Source of the DNA: Eledone cirrhosa
Taxonomy: Eukaryota
Direction: 5' to 3'
Assembly (NCBI GenBank): GCA_964016885.1
Contig: OZ024742.1
Span: forward strand, 339,140,001 to 339,204,000
Length of the DNA: 64,000 bases
The notes under the pieces were generated by a model. That model was given only the letters and a program-made list of their open reading frames with translations. It was not told where the DNA came from and did no database searches. The translations under genes and the position numbers were made by a program. Positions 1-16,017 of the stretch are shown piece after piece (position 1 is the first letter of the stretch; every line of letters starts with the position of its first letter).

Positions 1-874
1 TTATAGAGACGATGCGCTCCTTTTAGCTAAAATCATGGAAAGGTTACGAAAACATATTAGGGTTTTCTTTAGTAGACTAGGCCTCGATATTACTTTCGAG
101 AAGAATAAAAAAAAGCAAACTTTCTAGATGTAACACGTAGCTTAAACACGGGACTAATTGAGCTTTTCCACAAAAATAATGAAAATCTAGACTACATTTG
201 CTATAACTCCAATCATCTACTCTCCATAATTAGTATATCCTCAAGAACCTGTCCTCTAATCTAGAAGTATTTAAGAAACACGCAAACTACTACAACACAG
301 CTTTACGCAAGACAGGCCATAAAGAGGGGCTCAAATACATACATGATAGCGACGACAGCAACAAATACAAAACTAGCGACAACTATGTCACCCGCCCTAA
401 TAGGAATAATAAATATAGGACTAGAGATAGAAATAAACAACAGACACATAGAATAGTCGAACAGAGTACGAACATGGGAACCTCCGAAAATTACAGGAAA
501 TCCAGGTGTTTTATTACATAGGTTCCACGGCTAGGGGCTTCAAAAAACGATGGTATGTGCATCGGCACTTCATAAAGAACCATAGGCTCAGTAACACAAC
601 GACGCTGGCCAATAAAATCTGGCAGCTTGCGGATAGTAATCAAGGATATGAAATAAGCTGGTCGAAATTATCGAATGCCAGAGCCTACACGAATGGGATG
701 TCCCAGTGTGGACTATGCAATATGGAATTACTCCATATTCTGCAATATAATAAAACGCTACTAAATAGCAAAATCGAACGAACAATCTTCAGTAGGCACA
801 AAACCGTCAGCAAATTCTCGAATTATAAACCAAGACAAGCAGGATTTGATCCAGCATCCTCACTATCCATATAA
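1..874 (+). pseudogene. Decayed Penelope-like element: RT C-terminus plus GIY-YIG endonuclease (lineage with CxxC/HK C-terminus, possibly Nematis-like); runs off window start
   Basis: YRDD read at 2-13, then DVT..LNTG..FHK..NENL..I..NSNH with stops/frameshifts; ORF 506-874 has YYIGST..FKKRW..H, TTLANKIWQL and CGLCN.EL, colinear with ORF 3092-4351. Confidence 0.85.
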
Positions 875-1709
875 CAACACAATTACCCGGACTTATAGCG
901 TCTACAAAATTGGCGCCACCGAACCACTATAACATCTCCTTATCACCGTTAACGGTAAATCACCTTACAAACGTTGACTATCTCCAGACCAATCGGACAT
1001 AAGAGTAGCTGACATTTCCTTAGTGATTAAGTATTCCTTTTTTAAAGACACACCCCTTCAACCTCCTTTCCCTCATATATAGTATCAGTCATCCATTATA
1101 GCCACTGTCACCTTCAATCTGCACCTCTACCCATGAAGCATCTATTTTCCAAAACATCTCCTATTCCACTTGTCCGTCTGTTATTATTATCTTTTTGTTT
1201 CATCTTATGCCACTTCACTGTCCAATTACTTTGTGTCCTCACTAGATACTTCCTATTTTTACTTTCAACTTTACCGGTATTATTATTTTTATTTTTATTG
1301 TCTTTTCATATCACTTTTTTCATATTATTTTTATCATTTCTTTTCATGTTATTATTATTATCTTTCCATGCCATAATCCTACTACACCCCTCCTCACTAT
1401 GCTTTCATTCTTGTTATTATCCATGTTATTTTTCATGTAACTATAAATATAAATGCGTTGTAACAAACCGAAATAATATTTTGAGAATTTGGTTGGTGTA
1501 AACTGTACTTAAAATCGATTGTCATGACACTATATTTGTTAATACTTGGAATAAACCCTACTGTATAGCTGATCCGTGTTATTCTTCACTCCTTTATTAT
1601 TAATACTTCAGGAACCGCTTACCTAAGAACTGTCTGGAATCGGCCACTCGAACACCACGGCTAAGTAAACTTGAGTCAAATAACGCAGAACGTTAGAACC
1701 ATCCTTGCT

Positions 1710-1916
1710 AACATAATAGTACCACTGATGATGTCACAGGTATGCGGTGAAAGACCTTTGATAGACTATGTATATTTATATCTATATTGATTGCCAGCTA
1801 AATTAACTATAGGGATATAAAATATACAGATGCGAAAACGAATCCAAACCAAACAGTGAGTGTGTTTTATATATTTCTGGCAATATTATAACAATATGAC
1901 CCTCCCCAAATATAAC
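1710..1916 (+). mobile_element. PLE terminal repeat (pLTR) end with HHR-like core, ending in ATGACCCTCCCCAAATATAAC then (TA)n
   Basis: CTGATGA 1725-1731, GAAA 1749-1752; alignable by eye to 21060-21315, 25180-25432 and the reverse complement of 16018-16270. Confidence 0.75.
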
Positions 1917-1941
1917 TATATATATATATATATATATATAT

Positions 1942-2365
1942 CTAAGGCGGGTAAAATTCCCGAGATCCATGGGCGAGTTCTCTCCAGCGGTCTCTGTCCC
2001 TCATCATCGCTGCTATGTCCTGCGTCTCCAAGGCAGTGTCTGTCATTAGGGCATCAACATACGTTAACCTCGGTATTCCTCTTCTAGTATGTCCATGCAG
2101 GGGCTCCCACAGGAGCACTGGATGCAGTGTCAACTCTGGATGTCGGTGAGCATGTCCAGCTAACCCCAGTCTCCTCTGTGCTACTCTTGAGCTGACTTTT
2201 GGGAGGCTCCTGTACAGCTCTGAGTTCTTCATCCTCAGTATATACTGATTAATGTTCAGAGCCATCCTCAGCAGCATTCTCGTGTTGCACCCATCCACCA
2301 TCTGAGTGAGTTTCTTGTCCAAGTCTCAGACGAGTCTCTTCGTTGCTGTAGTGGAGTCTGTGCTG

Positions 2366-2368
<3 letters not shown>
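1942..2368 (-). mobile_element. RTE-clade LINE 3' fragment (post-RT C-terminal domain), (TA)n on both sides
   Basis: ORF 1942-2322: DGCNTRMLLRMALN..RRLGLAGHAHRH..LLWEP.HG..RRG.PRLTYVD..MRDRDRW. Confidence 0.85.
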
Positions 2369-2408
<40 letters not shown>

Positions 2409-2409
<1 letters not shown>

Positions 2410-2595
2410 CGGAGGTAATGTGGTAAGGAACCAGGTGGACCATAACGCACCAAAGTACTCAATACTTAGGGTAGTAGAGTGGGTAATAGGAAAATGTATG
2501 ACCCCGACGGCAGAGCTCAAGCATTTCGACGACTAGTCCAGAAATAGTCGTCGAAATGGCTTGAGCTCTGCTGTCGGGGTGATACATTTTCCTAT
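2409..2595. mobile_element. Small non-coding fold-back element, family A (copies at 34341-34527 and 43829-44032)
   Basis: Shared TGTGGTAAGGAACCAGGTGGACCATAACGCACC..GGTAGTAGAGTGGG..CCGACGGCAGAGCTCAAGC; terminal hairpin about 2486-2595; (TA)n flanks. Confidence 0.8.
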
Positions 2596-2601
2596 ATATA
2601 T

Positions 2602-2664
<63 letters not shown>

Positions 2665-2760
2665 CATACATATATATATACATACATATATATATATATA
2701 TACATACATATATATATATACATATATACATACATATATATATATATATATATACATACA

Positions 2761-2838
<78 letters not shown>

Positions 2839-2861
2839 CATATATATATATACATATATAT

Positions 2862-2892
<31 letters not shown>

Positions 2893-2925
2893 CATATATA
2901 TATACATACATATATATATACATAC

Positions 2926-2985
<60 letters not shown>
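2593..2985. repeat. (TA)n microsatellite with CA interruptions
   Basis: Direct reading. Confidence 0.98.
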
Positions 2986-2986
<1 letters not shown>

Positions 2987-3057
2987 AAGAATGAATAATA
3001 ACAGGTAGACATCATAAAAAGGTAGTTTATTCTTAGTAATCTACAGGGGGGGGGGAT

Positions 3058-4351
3058 ATACAGAGATGACGGGCTCTTATTAGTTAATAACTTGAATAAC
3101 CAAAATCTTGAAAGGCTACGGAAAAATATTAGAAAATCTTTTAGTGAACTGGGTCTAAAAATAACATACGAATACAATCTTAATGTAGTAAACTTTCTGG
3201 ACGTAACTCTTAATTTAAATACCGGACAGATACGACCCTTCCACAAGGTAAATGAGAACCTTACGTATATTGACTTTAACTCTAACCACCCACTCTCCAT
3301 GATCAAATCAGTTCCCCGGAGTATTTCTCTTAGAATCTCTCGCCTATCGTCTAACTCTGATATTTTTAGCGAACATGCTGAATACTACAATAATGCACTA
3401 AGGAATGCTGACCACCGGGATACAATAGAATACATCGATAGTAATTTCCACAACACGCATAGCTCTACACGTAATCAAGGTATACGTAACCGGGGGACTA
3501 AAACACAAGCACACACACACTGTACTACCAGACATACTAATAATAGAAGATCACCACCAAATAAATTACGTTGTAGAAAGTATATCTGGTATAATCCTAT
3601 TTTTAATGCCTCGATTAGTACAAAACTATCTCTTTCATTCTTTAAATTAATCAATAAACACTTCCCTAGTTCCCATAAGTACAGCAAAATTCTGAACTCC
3701 AAAACTATTAGACTATCATACTCCACGGCACCAAACCTTGAAGCATACATAAAAAAACTTAACTTAAGGCAATTAAACAACTCTACAAAACAAAACATTT
3801 TAGTAACAGATGGGCAGAACGCAATATCTGCCTCCCAACCACTAAATGGGAGACGGGTATTGCACAACCCACCTGTACCGCTATCACAACCTATCCATGG
3901 TATACCCGCTACCCACAACAAAGCATGTAACTGCCATCTACCTGAAAGATGTCCATTGCAGAATGAATGCCTAAAGTCCAACATTGTTTACCAATGCACG
4001 GTTGAATCGGACGACCAGAAATGGTATTATATCGGATCTACCACCACATCGTTTAAATCTCGCTGGTACCGTCATCGATTCTCAATCAAACATCAGAATC
4101 ACCGTTTTGTGACCACGCTCGCCAACAAGACCTGGCAACTCCGTGAACACAACCAACAGTTCACCTTAAAATGGGATATACTTTCCAGCGCAAATGCATA
4201 TCGGAGTGGTTTGAAGTACTGCAGGTTATGTAACCTTGAGCTATTTTACATACTAAAATCCCAAAACAAACTACTTAACGATAGAATTGAACGATCATTA
4301 TACTGCAACCACAAACTAAAAGCTAAATTCTCTCACTATAAAATAACTTAA
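3058..4351 (+). CDS. Open C-terminal half of a PLE ORF: RT motif C/thumb plus GIY-YIG endonuclease (5'-truncated, no native start)
   Basis: YRDDG at about 3059-3073 in frame with ORF 3092-4351: [29 protein letters not shown]...CPL..ECL..NIVY, YYIGST..FKSRW..H, CRLC. Confidence 0.9.
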
Positions 4352-4842
4352 CATTCGAACCCGTAACTACAACACCACTTTCTAGCTAACAACCTTCTCT
4401 TACCCCCACACTACAAGACAATACACTGCTTATCACTATACATGGTAACTCAGTGCAATTCCTAGATTACTACTACAAACCCAAAAGTTCACTCACCACA
4501 CATATTTATCTGTCCCCTCTCTACCTATATATCTCTCTCTACATCCATTACACTCTCTCTCTCTCACCTTTGACCTACCTCCCTCTCAACATCTATGAAC
4601 TTGACCTCTGGGGCAATAAATAATTCCGACCTCAACTATCTACGCATCTCTCCAAAAGTAACTAATAAAACCCCTACCATAACATTTTGATTAAGATATC
4701 TACAAGCTACTCTCTCCTACTTCTCCAACCCCTGCATATCTTTCCTTCTCTCTCCATCTTCCTTACTTTTCTCTCTTCCTGTTCCACTCTATCTTCCCCA
4801 ACAACCCCACTTAAGGGTTTTTACATTGTATATTTACCATTC

Positions 4843-4954
4843 TGCTCTGAGGAAACAGTGGTCACAGCATTGGATATTCGAGTTCTGCAAATACTTGTGA
4901 ATTTGCACGTAGCGGAACTAGGCTGCAGTACCACCGTGGAAACACTTGTAAGCA
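4843..4954 (+). ncRNA. Type I hammerhead ribozyme with long stem II
   Basis: tgct-CTGAGGA-(about 85 nt; gtggt/accac, cagc/gctg, agttctgc/gcggaact)-GAAA-cacttg-TA-agca. Confidence 0.75.
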
Positions 4955-5148
4955 CACGGAATAAACTACCTTTTTATGATGTCTACCTGTTATTATTCAT
5001 TCTTTATATACACTCCGGAATACTGAAGGATCAGGAACTAAGTTTCTTGAACAATTCTTCCATAACTCGTAGAGTAACCTCTTACCGTACGTCAACCATA
5101 TCCAGTGTAGTAATTAACCATCACTGCATCTTGGATAATCCTATACCT

Positions 5149-6569
<1,421 letters not shown>

Positions 6570-6708
6570 GAAAAGTGTAATTTTCTACACAAAACGAAGG
6601 TTATAGAGAAAATTGAGGTTGGTAATGGCACATGGAATATATAAGAGACAGAATACTTTTTTGTGAAAAAACATAATTTTATAAGGTAAGGAAATAATAA
6701 AGGGTATA

Positions 6709-6758
6709 CAAAATGACCGGTTTCGATGGGTCTGCAAAAGCCATCTTTTCAAATGTTG
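6709..6758 (-). ncRNA. Type I HHR, U3:A8 core variant
   Basis: Reverse strand: caacat-TTGAAAA-gatgg..ccatc-GAAA-ccgg-TC-attttg. Confidence 0.7.
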
Positions 6759-7113
6759 ATTAATATTAAGAAAAATTAATAATACGAAGAGTTAAAATTT
6801 GAGACTTGAAAATTCAAGTATAAAATTCATTGTGGGATTTCATAGCAGTTTTCATCTAGGTAGCAACAACAGGTTGACTGCTGTGTCCCTTTCTGGTAGT
6901 GAATGAGAAGTTATTTGGGGTGTGGGTTATTTTATAAAGGTCAGATTTAGCAATCACCAACTGGCCAGCTGCTGGTCAGTGAGGGGGTGGAAGCAATATA
7001 CATACACATATCTTCCTGTGATGGGTAGGAGAGTGGAGCGTGATAGAAAGGGATTTAGTGCACTTACACCTATATATACACACATACCTTCATCCACACA
7101 TACATACATATAC

Positions 7114-7150
<37 letters not shown>

Positions 7151-7211
7151 CACACATACATACACACACACATACATATACACACATACACACACACACA
7201 TATATACACAT

Positions 7212-7266
<55 letters not shown>

Positions 7267-7305
7267 TATATATTCATACACATACATCCAGATACACACA
7301 TACAT

Positions 7306-7393
<88 letters not shown>

Positions 7394-8397
7394 CCCCCAC
7401 ATATATATATACATACACACATACAAACATACACACACACACACAGATATATACACACATACACACACATATATATACACACACACACACACACGCATAT
7501 ATATATATATATATATATACACATACGCATACATCCAGATACCCACATACATACACACACACACGCACACACAATACATACATCCACATGCACATACATA
7601 CACACACACACACACATATACACATACATACACCCACACACAGAGAAATGGCCTTCAAATATATATATATATATATACATACAGACACATATATTTTTTC
7701 CTTAATATAAGAAGTTGGGGCAGTGAAATTAAATACAAGTCATTCTGATCACATTGAGTTCTTCATGTAGATTGGGCCCCGCAACCGACAGTGGTGAATT
7801 CTGTGTGCGCATATATATATAGATATATGTGTGTGCACGTGCAGGGTTTAACATGGATGTGTTGGTCACACAAAGGCATGGTCTGTCAATGAATAAACCT
7901 GATTCTACAGAATTGGTCTCTGGTCTTTAATAGTAGTGATTCCGTGCGTATGTGTGTTTATATTTTATGACAATTCTATTGACTATTTTATGACTATTCT
8001 ATTTTAATTTCACTGCCCCAACTTTTTATATTATGGAAAAAATATATGTGTCTGTATGTATATATATATATATATATTTGAAGGCCATTTCTCTGTGTGT
8101 GGGTGTATGTATGTGTATATGTGTGTGTGTGTGTGTGTATGTATGTGCATGTGGATGTATGTATTGTGTGTGCGTGTGTGTGTGTATGTATGTGGGTAAC
8201 TGGATGTATGCGTATGTGTATATATATATATATATATGCGTGTGTGTGTGTGTGTGTGTGTATATATGTGTGTGTATGTGTGTATATATATGGTGTGTGT
8301 GGTGTGTATGTTTGTATGTGTGTATGTATATATATTATGTGGGTGTGTGTGTGTGTGTATGTATGTGTGTATCTGGATGTATGTGTATGTATATATA

Positions 8398-8440
<43 letters not shown>

Positions 8441-8897
8441 TGTGTGTGTGTGTGTGTATATATGTGTGTGTGTGTAATGTGTGTATGTATATGTATGTGT
8501 GTGTGTATGTATGTGTGTATATGTATATATATATATATATATGTATATGTATGTATGTGTGGATGAAGGTATGTGTGTATATATAGGTGTAAGTGCACTA
8601 AATCCCTTTCTATCACGCTCCACTCTCCTACCCATCACAGGAAGATATGTGTATGTATATTGCTTCCACCCCCTCACTGACCAGCAGCTGGCCAGTTGGT
8701 GATTGCTAAATCTGACCTTTATAAAATAACCCACACCCCAAATAACTTCTCATTCACTACCAGAAAGGGACACAGCAGTCAACCTGTTGTTGCTACCTAG
8801 ATGAAAACTGCTATGAAATCCCACAATGAATTTTATACTTGAATTTTCAAGTCTCAAATTTTAACTCTTCGTATTATTAATTTTTCTTAATATTAAT

Positions 8898-8947
8898 CAA
8901 CATTTGAAAAGATGGCTTTTGCAGACCCATCGAAACCGGTCATTTTT
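8898..8947 (+). ncRNA. Type I HHR, U3:A8 core variant
   Basis: caacat-TTGAAAA-gatgg cttttgcagac ccatc-GAAA-ccgg-TC-attttt. Confidence 0.7.
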
Positions 8948-9054
8948 TATACCCTTTATTATTTCCTTACCTTATAAAATTATGTTTTTTCACAAAAAAG
9001 TATTCTGTCTCTTATATATTCCATGTGCCATTACCAACCTCAATTTTCTCTACT

Positions 9055-9466
<412 letters not shown>

Positions 9467-9467
9467 G

Positions 9468-9685
9468 TGAAGGCGTGTGGCTGAGTGGTTAGAGTATTGG
9501 ATTCACAATCGTGAGGTTGTGAGTTCGATTCCTGAACCAGGCGATGCGTTATGTCCTTGAGCAAGACACTTTATTTCACGTTGCTCCTTCTACCTGGAGT
9601 TGCGACCGATAGATAGTATTAGCAACTGGAAAGACCAACGGAAACATAGTTTCCTCAGTCCGATTTGACGAAAGTCGATCGACTT
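9468..9685 (+). mobile_element. tRNA-derived SINE with CORE-like segment
   Basis: A box TGGCTGAGTGG, B box GAGTTCGATTCC, then GTCCTTGAGCAAGACACTT; second copy at 38174-38310. Confidence 0.85.
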
Positions 9686-9687
9686 GA

Positions 9688-11255
<1,568 letters not shown>

Positions 11256-11260
<5 letters not shown>

Positions 11261-12218
11261 TTTAAAATATATGATAAACACGAAATGTGTTTTATATTGC
11301 AACAGACAAAGTTAGCTTTTAATGAAATAAACTAATTAAAGTGAATACAATTTGTCTGTCTCGATATAAGTCAATAAAGACAAGCTTATATTGGCAACGG
11401 CCATGATCTCTGGACAGATTTAAATTTCAAATTCAAATTTGTTCTGTAGACGAATTTGAACCTCGAAACCTAAATAAGTTCGCAACGGTGCTAGAAATAA
11501 CAGCCGCTTATGCAGGATTAAGGATCAGCTCTAAAACTTTGTCTGTTGCAATATAAACACATTTCGTGTTATCATATATTTTAAATGTATTTGACTGCTC
11601 GGAAGAGCCCATTTTCCTGGAGCTTAATTATTGTAAACGACTGAGAGTTTATTCTCAAAATATAATATAATGTATGCTCCTTTATTGTAGAGCTGATCCT
11701 TAATCCTGCATAAGCGGCTGTTATTTCTAGCACCGTGAATGCGGGACGGCTAGTTTTGGCCTGCCTACACACGTGTAGTCAGACCTGCAAAATTTTTGAT
11801 GTGAGATGTACTAATTTTACTGGATTCCTGTTGATAAGCACAGAAGATTTGGATATTTCACTCTTTTATTTCTATTCCATTTCGATTCTCTTTATTTTTC
11901 AATTCACATTCCACCGTTGCGAAACTTATTTAGGTTTCGAGGTTCACATTCGTCTACAGAACAGGTTTGAATTTTGAAATTTAAATCTGTCCAGGAATCA
12001 TGGCCGTTGCCAATATAAGCTTGTCTTTATTGACTTATATCGAGACAGACAAATTGTATTCACTTTAATTAGTTTATTTCATTAATAGCTAACTTTGTCT
12101 GTTGCAATATAAACACATTTCGTGTTTATCATATATTTTAAATGTATTTGACTGCTCGGAAGAGCCCCTTTTCCTGGAGCTTAATTATTGTAAACGACTG
12201 AGAGTTTATTCTCAAAAT
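11256..12218. mobile_element. Rearranged non-coding element with nested inverted and direct repeats
   Basis: 11256-11490 inverted at 11912-12145; 11486-11533 inverted at 11688-11735; 11536-11662 direct at 12091-12218. Confidence 0.8.
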
Positions 12219-12430
12219 AATATATATATATTTATTCAGGTTTGAGGTTCACCACTGGATAGAGCTGGTCAATTCCTTTGTGGTCAATCGCAATGTAATA
12301 ATATAGAGAGTACTCAACGTAAAGCAGTTCAACCGTCTTTGTTTTTGTAGTTGGTGGTGCTATTACGGAGTTAAATATTATAATGAAATGACAGGAGGCT
12401 GGATTTGTGTAAATCCTTGAAAGGTTTATT

Positions 12431-12488
12431 ATACTATGATCATTTCAATGACCGGGTTCCGTATGAATCCGGTGATATCATCAGGTAT
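12431..12488 (-). ncRNA. Type I HHR (family D)
   Basis: Reverse strand: atac-CTGATGA-tatcaccgg..ccggtcatt-GAAA-tgatca-TA-gtat. Confidence 0.8.
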
Positions 12489-14982
12489 TCGAAATATAAT
12501 AAGTGAATGTAATAGATAGAATCCATGGGGCTGAAAATCAAAGACCCGAGGGCGACCGCCATCCAGCATCTTCTAGCTTTGCCGGTGGCCCTCGAGTGAC
12601 GTGGCTAAAGCTTACAGTGCGCTACTACCGGTCAGATAAAGGAAAACAGAAAGGGATAGGAACATAAGTTAGCGTTAATATCATGCCACAAGAAAAAAGA
12701 AAGAAAGAAAGAAAGAAGAGAGAAGAAGGAGGAAGGAAGAAGAAGAGAAGCCAGGGTTAATGTCAGCTATAAGAAGAAAGACAGAAAGAAAGAGGAGGAA
12801 CGGTCGGTATTACAGTCAGGCCAGGATTGTCGCGAAAAAATTTTTTATTCTAAAGGACCCGTATCTTAACAACTAATACCGGTCAAATATAGGTAAACAA
12901 AAAGGGGAAGGAAGATAAGTCAGCGGGAGGAAGACAGAAAGAAGGGAGAAGAGAAGGAAGAAAAGGAAGAAGTAGAAAAGTCAGGGTTGATGGCTACAAG
13001 AAGAAAGATAGAAAGAAAGAGGAAGAAAGGTCGATATTAATGTCAGACTACAGTCAGGCCAGGAATGGCGCGAAAAATGTTTTCACAGGGACCCGTATCT
13101 TAGCAGAGGTAAATATAGAGGGGGTTCAGTATGTTATAATGTGTGAGCAGAAGATTGGAACGTTTACGTTTTTGTTTAGACTTATAGGATGAAGTTAAAA
13201 AATTAATATTTAATATTAAAGAAATTAGAAAATTTAAAGTTAAACAGTTTAACATTTTTAAGGTTGCGAGGTTCAAGCAAAGAAAGAGTCTTTTATGAAG
13301 ACACTTAAATTTTATTATAGAGTAAAGATTATGTCTTTGTTTAGCCGTCAAACAGCATGCGGCGACTACAAGGTAGGGCAGCCTAGCGAAAGATATGGAA
13401 ATCGATTTTTCCGAGCACTCTAGGAATGTATAACAGCATGAAGTCATCCCGCATCGTTAGGCCATTCTTGTACAAAACCAGTACTATTCCTTTACCCAGG
13501 AGAGGGGGGGGGGGGGTTGCTTAAGTAGAGGGAGGCGTGATGTATCTAATAGTTCTGATTTGATCTGTAATTTAAATGTACTATATGGCGGTTAAAAAAT
13601 CGGCTGCGCGCCGGGCCCCTGGGGCGAATCAAGCCACTCCGAGTAGTTTCATTTACCGAAAGAAGGGGAAATTTATTTTTCCAAGCACTCAAGGTAGGTC
13701 TATGCGCCAGGGGGCCGGTCCCGCCGCCAGGAAAACCAACCCAACAGTCCGACAGATAGTTGGAACGTTAAAATATTGTTTAAATTTATAGGATGAAGTT
13801 GAAAGAATTCAGAATAACATTATAAAATTAAAGAGTAAGAAGATTGAGAATTGAACAAACAGAAAATTGAAAATTAAACATTTAAAAAAACTCTTTTAAG
13901 GTTTTGGGTTGCGGGGTTTAGTTAAAGAGAGTCTTTTATGAAGAAACGTTAATTGTATTATGTAGATCTTCTATAAGCTATCCTAGTGGGATGTAGAGTA
14001 AGGGATATAGTCGGGTAATATTTATTTTTGTTCTCAGGGGGAGACATTCTAGTGTCGTGTGCTAATGGGTACAAGTGAGCAAAAGTCCCAATAAGAGGAG
14101 TAGAAATACATGGATACATAGAAGTGGAATACGTGGAAAAGCACATTAATAAAGCAAAGGTATAAATATATATAAATATATAAATAAACCAACAAGAGTG
14201 GTGGTGGAGTAAGATGGGGGAAATCAAGACATAGGAGAAATACAGTATTTATGTTCCCAGGGGGAGACATTCCAGTGTCGTGTGCACGCAAAAGTCCCAA
14301 TAAGAGGAGTAGAAATACATGGATGTATAGAAGTAGAATACGTGGAAAAAGTATTAATACAGCAAAGGTATAAAGATATAAAGATATAAATAAACAAACA
14401 AGAGTGGTGGTGGAGTAAATGGAGAGTTCGAGACACAGGAGAAATACAATATAGTTCAAGTTGCAGTCAGATAATGCACATAGATGTGGAAATGGAATCA
14501 GTGTGTGTTCGAGTCTGAGAATTCAGTGTGAGTTATACATGCCCTGAAGTATAGGGTAGCGAATTTAGTTAATATAGTGCAGTACAGTACATGTTATGGT
14601 ATAATCCGTAGAATTTCGTCGAAGTCCGAATATTCTGAGAGGGAAGTAGCAATGGGCCAGGTGGGCGGTAGGCAAAAACACTGAGTAGCCAAAATCCGAA
14701 TGGTGGTTAGATATATTCAGTCCCATGCCGCTGTTCATTATTACATTTGGAAGTGCTCAACATTTCAGGAGCATTATTTATTCAGGTTTGAGGTTCACCA
14801 CTGGATAGAGCTGGTCAATTTCGTATGGTCAATCGCAATGTAATAATATAGAGAGTACTCAACGTAAAGCAGTTCAACCGTCCTTGTAGCAAAGGTAGAA
14901 GATGCTGGATGGCGGTCGCCCTCGGGTCTTTGATTTTCAGCCCCATGGATTTTATCTATTACATTCACTTATTATATTTCGA

Positions 14983-15040
14983 ATACCTGATGATATCACC
15001 GGATTCATACGTAACCCGATCATTGAAATGGTCATAGTAT
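14983..15040 (+). ncRNA. Type I HHR (family D, inverted copy)
   Basis: atac-CTGATGA-stem II-GAAA-tggtca-TA-gtat. Confidence 0.75.
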
Positions 15041-15160
15041 AATAAACCTTTCAAGGATTTACACAAATCCAGCCTCCTGTCATTTCATTATAATATATTA
15101 TATATAGGTGGAAAGTAAGAAATAGCAGAACAGACCGTTAATACATGTTTATTTAAAACA

Positions 15161-15200
15161 GCACCTACGTACGTTTCGCCCGGATGGGCTTCTCAAGGGC
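15161..15200 (-). ncRNA. Minimal type I HHR, U3:A8 variant
   Basis: Reverse strand: gccc-TTGAGAA-gccc atcc gggc-GAAA-cgtacg-TA-ggtgc. Confidence 0.75.
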
Positions 15201-15895
15201 ATAAATAACTAAAAGTGTTCCCTACATGGCCCGGAAAGTGTTTTTGGAGGTAAGTTCACGTCAGAGTTCATTCTTCGCAAAAAAAGCGTGTTTTGATTTT
15301 GCAGTAGGTCAAGGGAGGTAACTCTGGTCGGTGTTAGGGCAGTCTTTCCCGGACAAATTTGTTATCCGTTACAAGATGTGGTTACAACCTTACCATTGTC
15401 GATACGCTCAGGGTCAGGTAAGCAACGTTTGTTTTTCTGCACCTACCCACCTGGGTCATTTGAAGCTGGGTCTGGGATGCATGGTTAGTTTCCGGATGTT
15501 TTTTTCAGCGCCTGCCCACCGAGGTGTTAAATGCAGGGAGACCCGGTATACGGTTTCACTCCTCATCCATATCCCATCTTTGCTACAAGGACGGTTGAAC
15601 TGCTTTACGTTGAGTACTCTCTATATTATTACATTGTGATTGACCATACGGAATTGACCAGCTCTATCCAGTGGTGAACCTCAAACCTGAATAAATATAA
15701 ACATGTATTAACGGTCTGTTCTCCTATTTCTTACTTTTCCACGTGCTTACGCCCTTCTAATTCTTTCGTCCACTAAATATTAGCACTTCTAATATTTAAC
15801 ACTGCCGGCTGTAGTATTGAGCACCTTCTGCATACGCTATTTGGCAAATAACAACATGTATCACCTATCCCTCCTTTTTTCTCTCTCTCGATACG

Positions 15896-16014
<119 letters not shown>

Positions 16015-16017
16015 TAT

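Larger units (their letters stand above)
6604..9052. mobile_element. Non-coding fold-back element, arms about 6604-7735 and 8000-9052, one HHR per arm, internal CA/TA microsatellite
   Basis: AGAGAAAATTGAGGTTGGTAATGGCAC.. vs ..GTGCCATTACCAACCTCAATTTTCTCT; inner ends TTGGGGCAGTGAAATTAAA / TTTAATTTCACTGCCCCAA. Confidence 0.9.
12230..15100 (-). mobile_element. About 2.55 kb PLE-architecture element without RT (family D): pLTR with HHR, partial tandem repeat and inverted pLTR
   Basis: 12231-12337 repeated directly at 14777-14883 (period 2546); 12375-12582 inverted at 14888-15097; same family at 15587-15697 and 57745-58245. Confidence 0.8.

Noticed and set aside
9468-9545. Possible tRNA gene
   Set aside because: A/B boxes continue into a SINE body repeated at 38174; no clean cloverleaf
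11827-11934. Possible HHR (TTGATAA gca..tgc GAAA cttatt tagg)
   Set aside because: Spans a rearrangement junction and stem III does not pair; not counted
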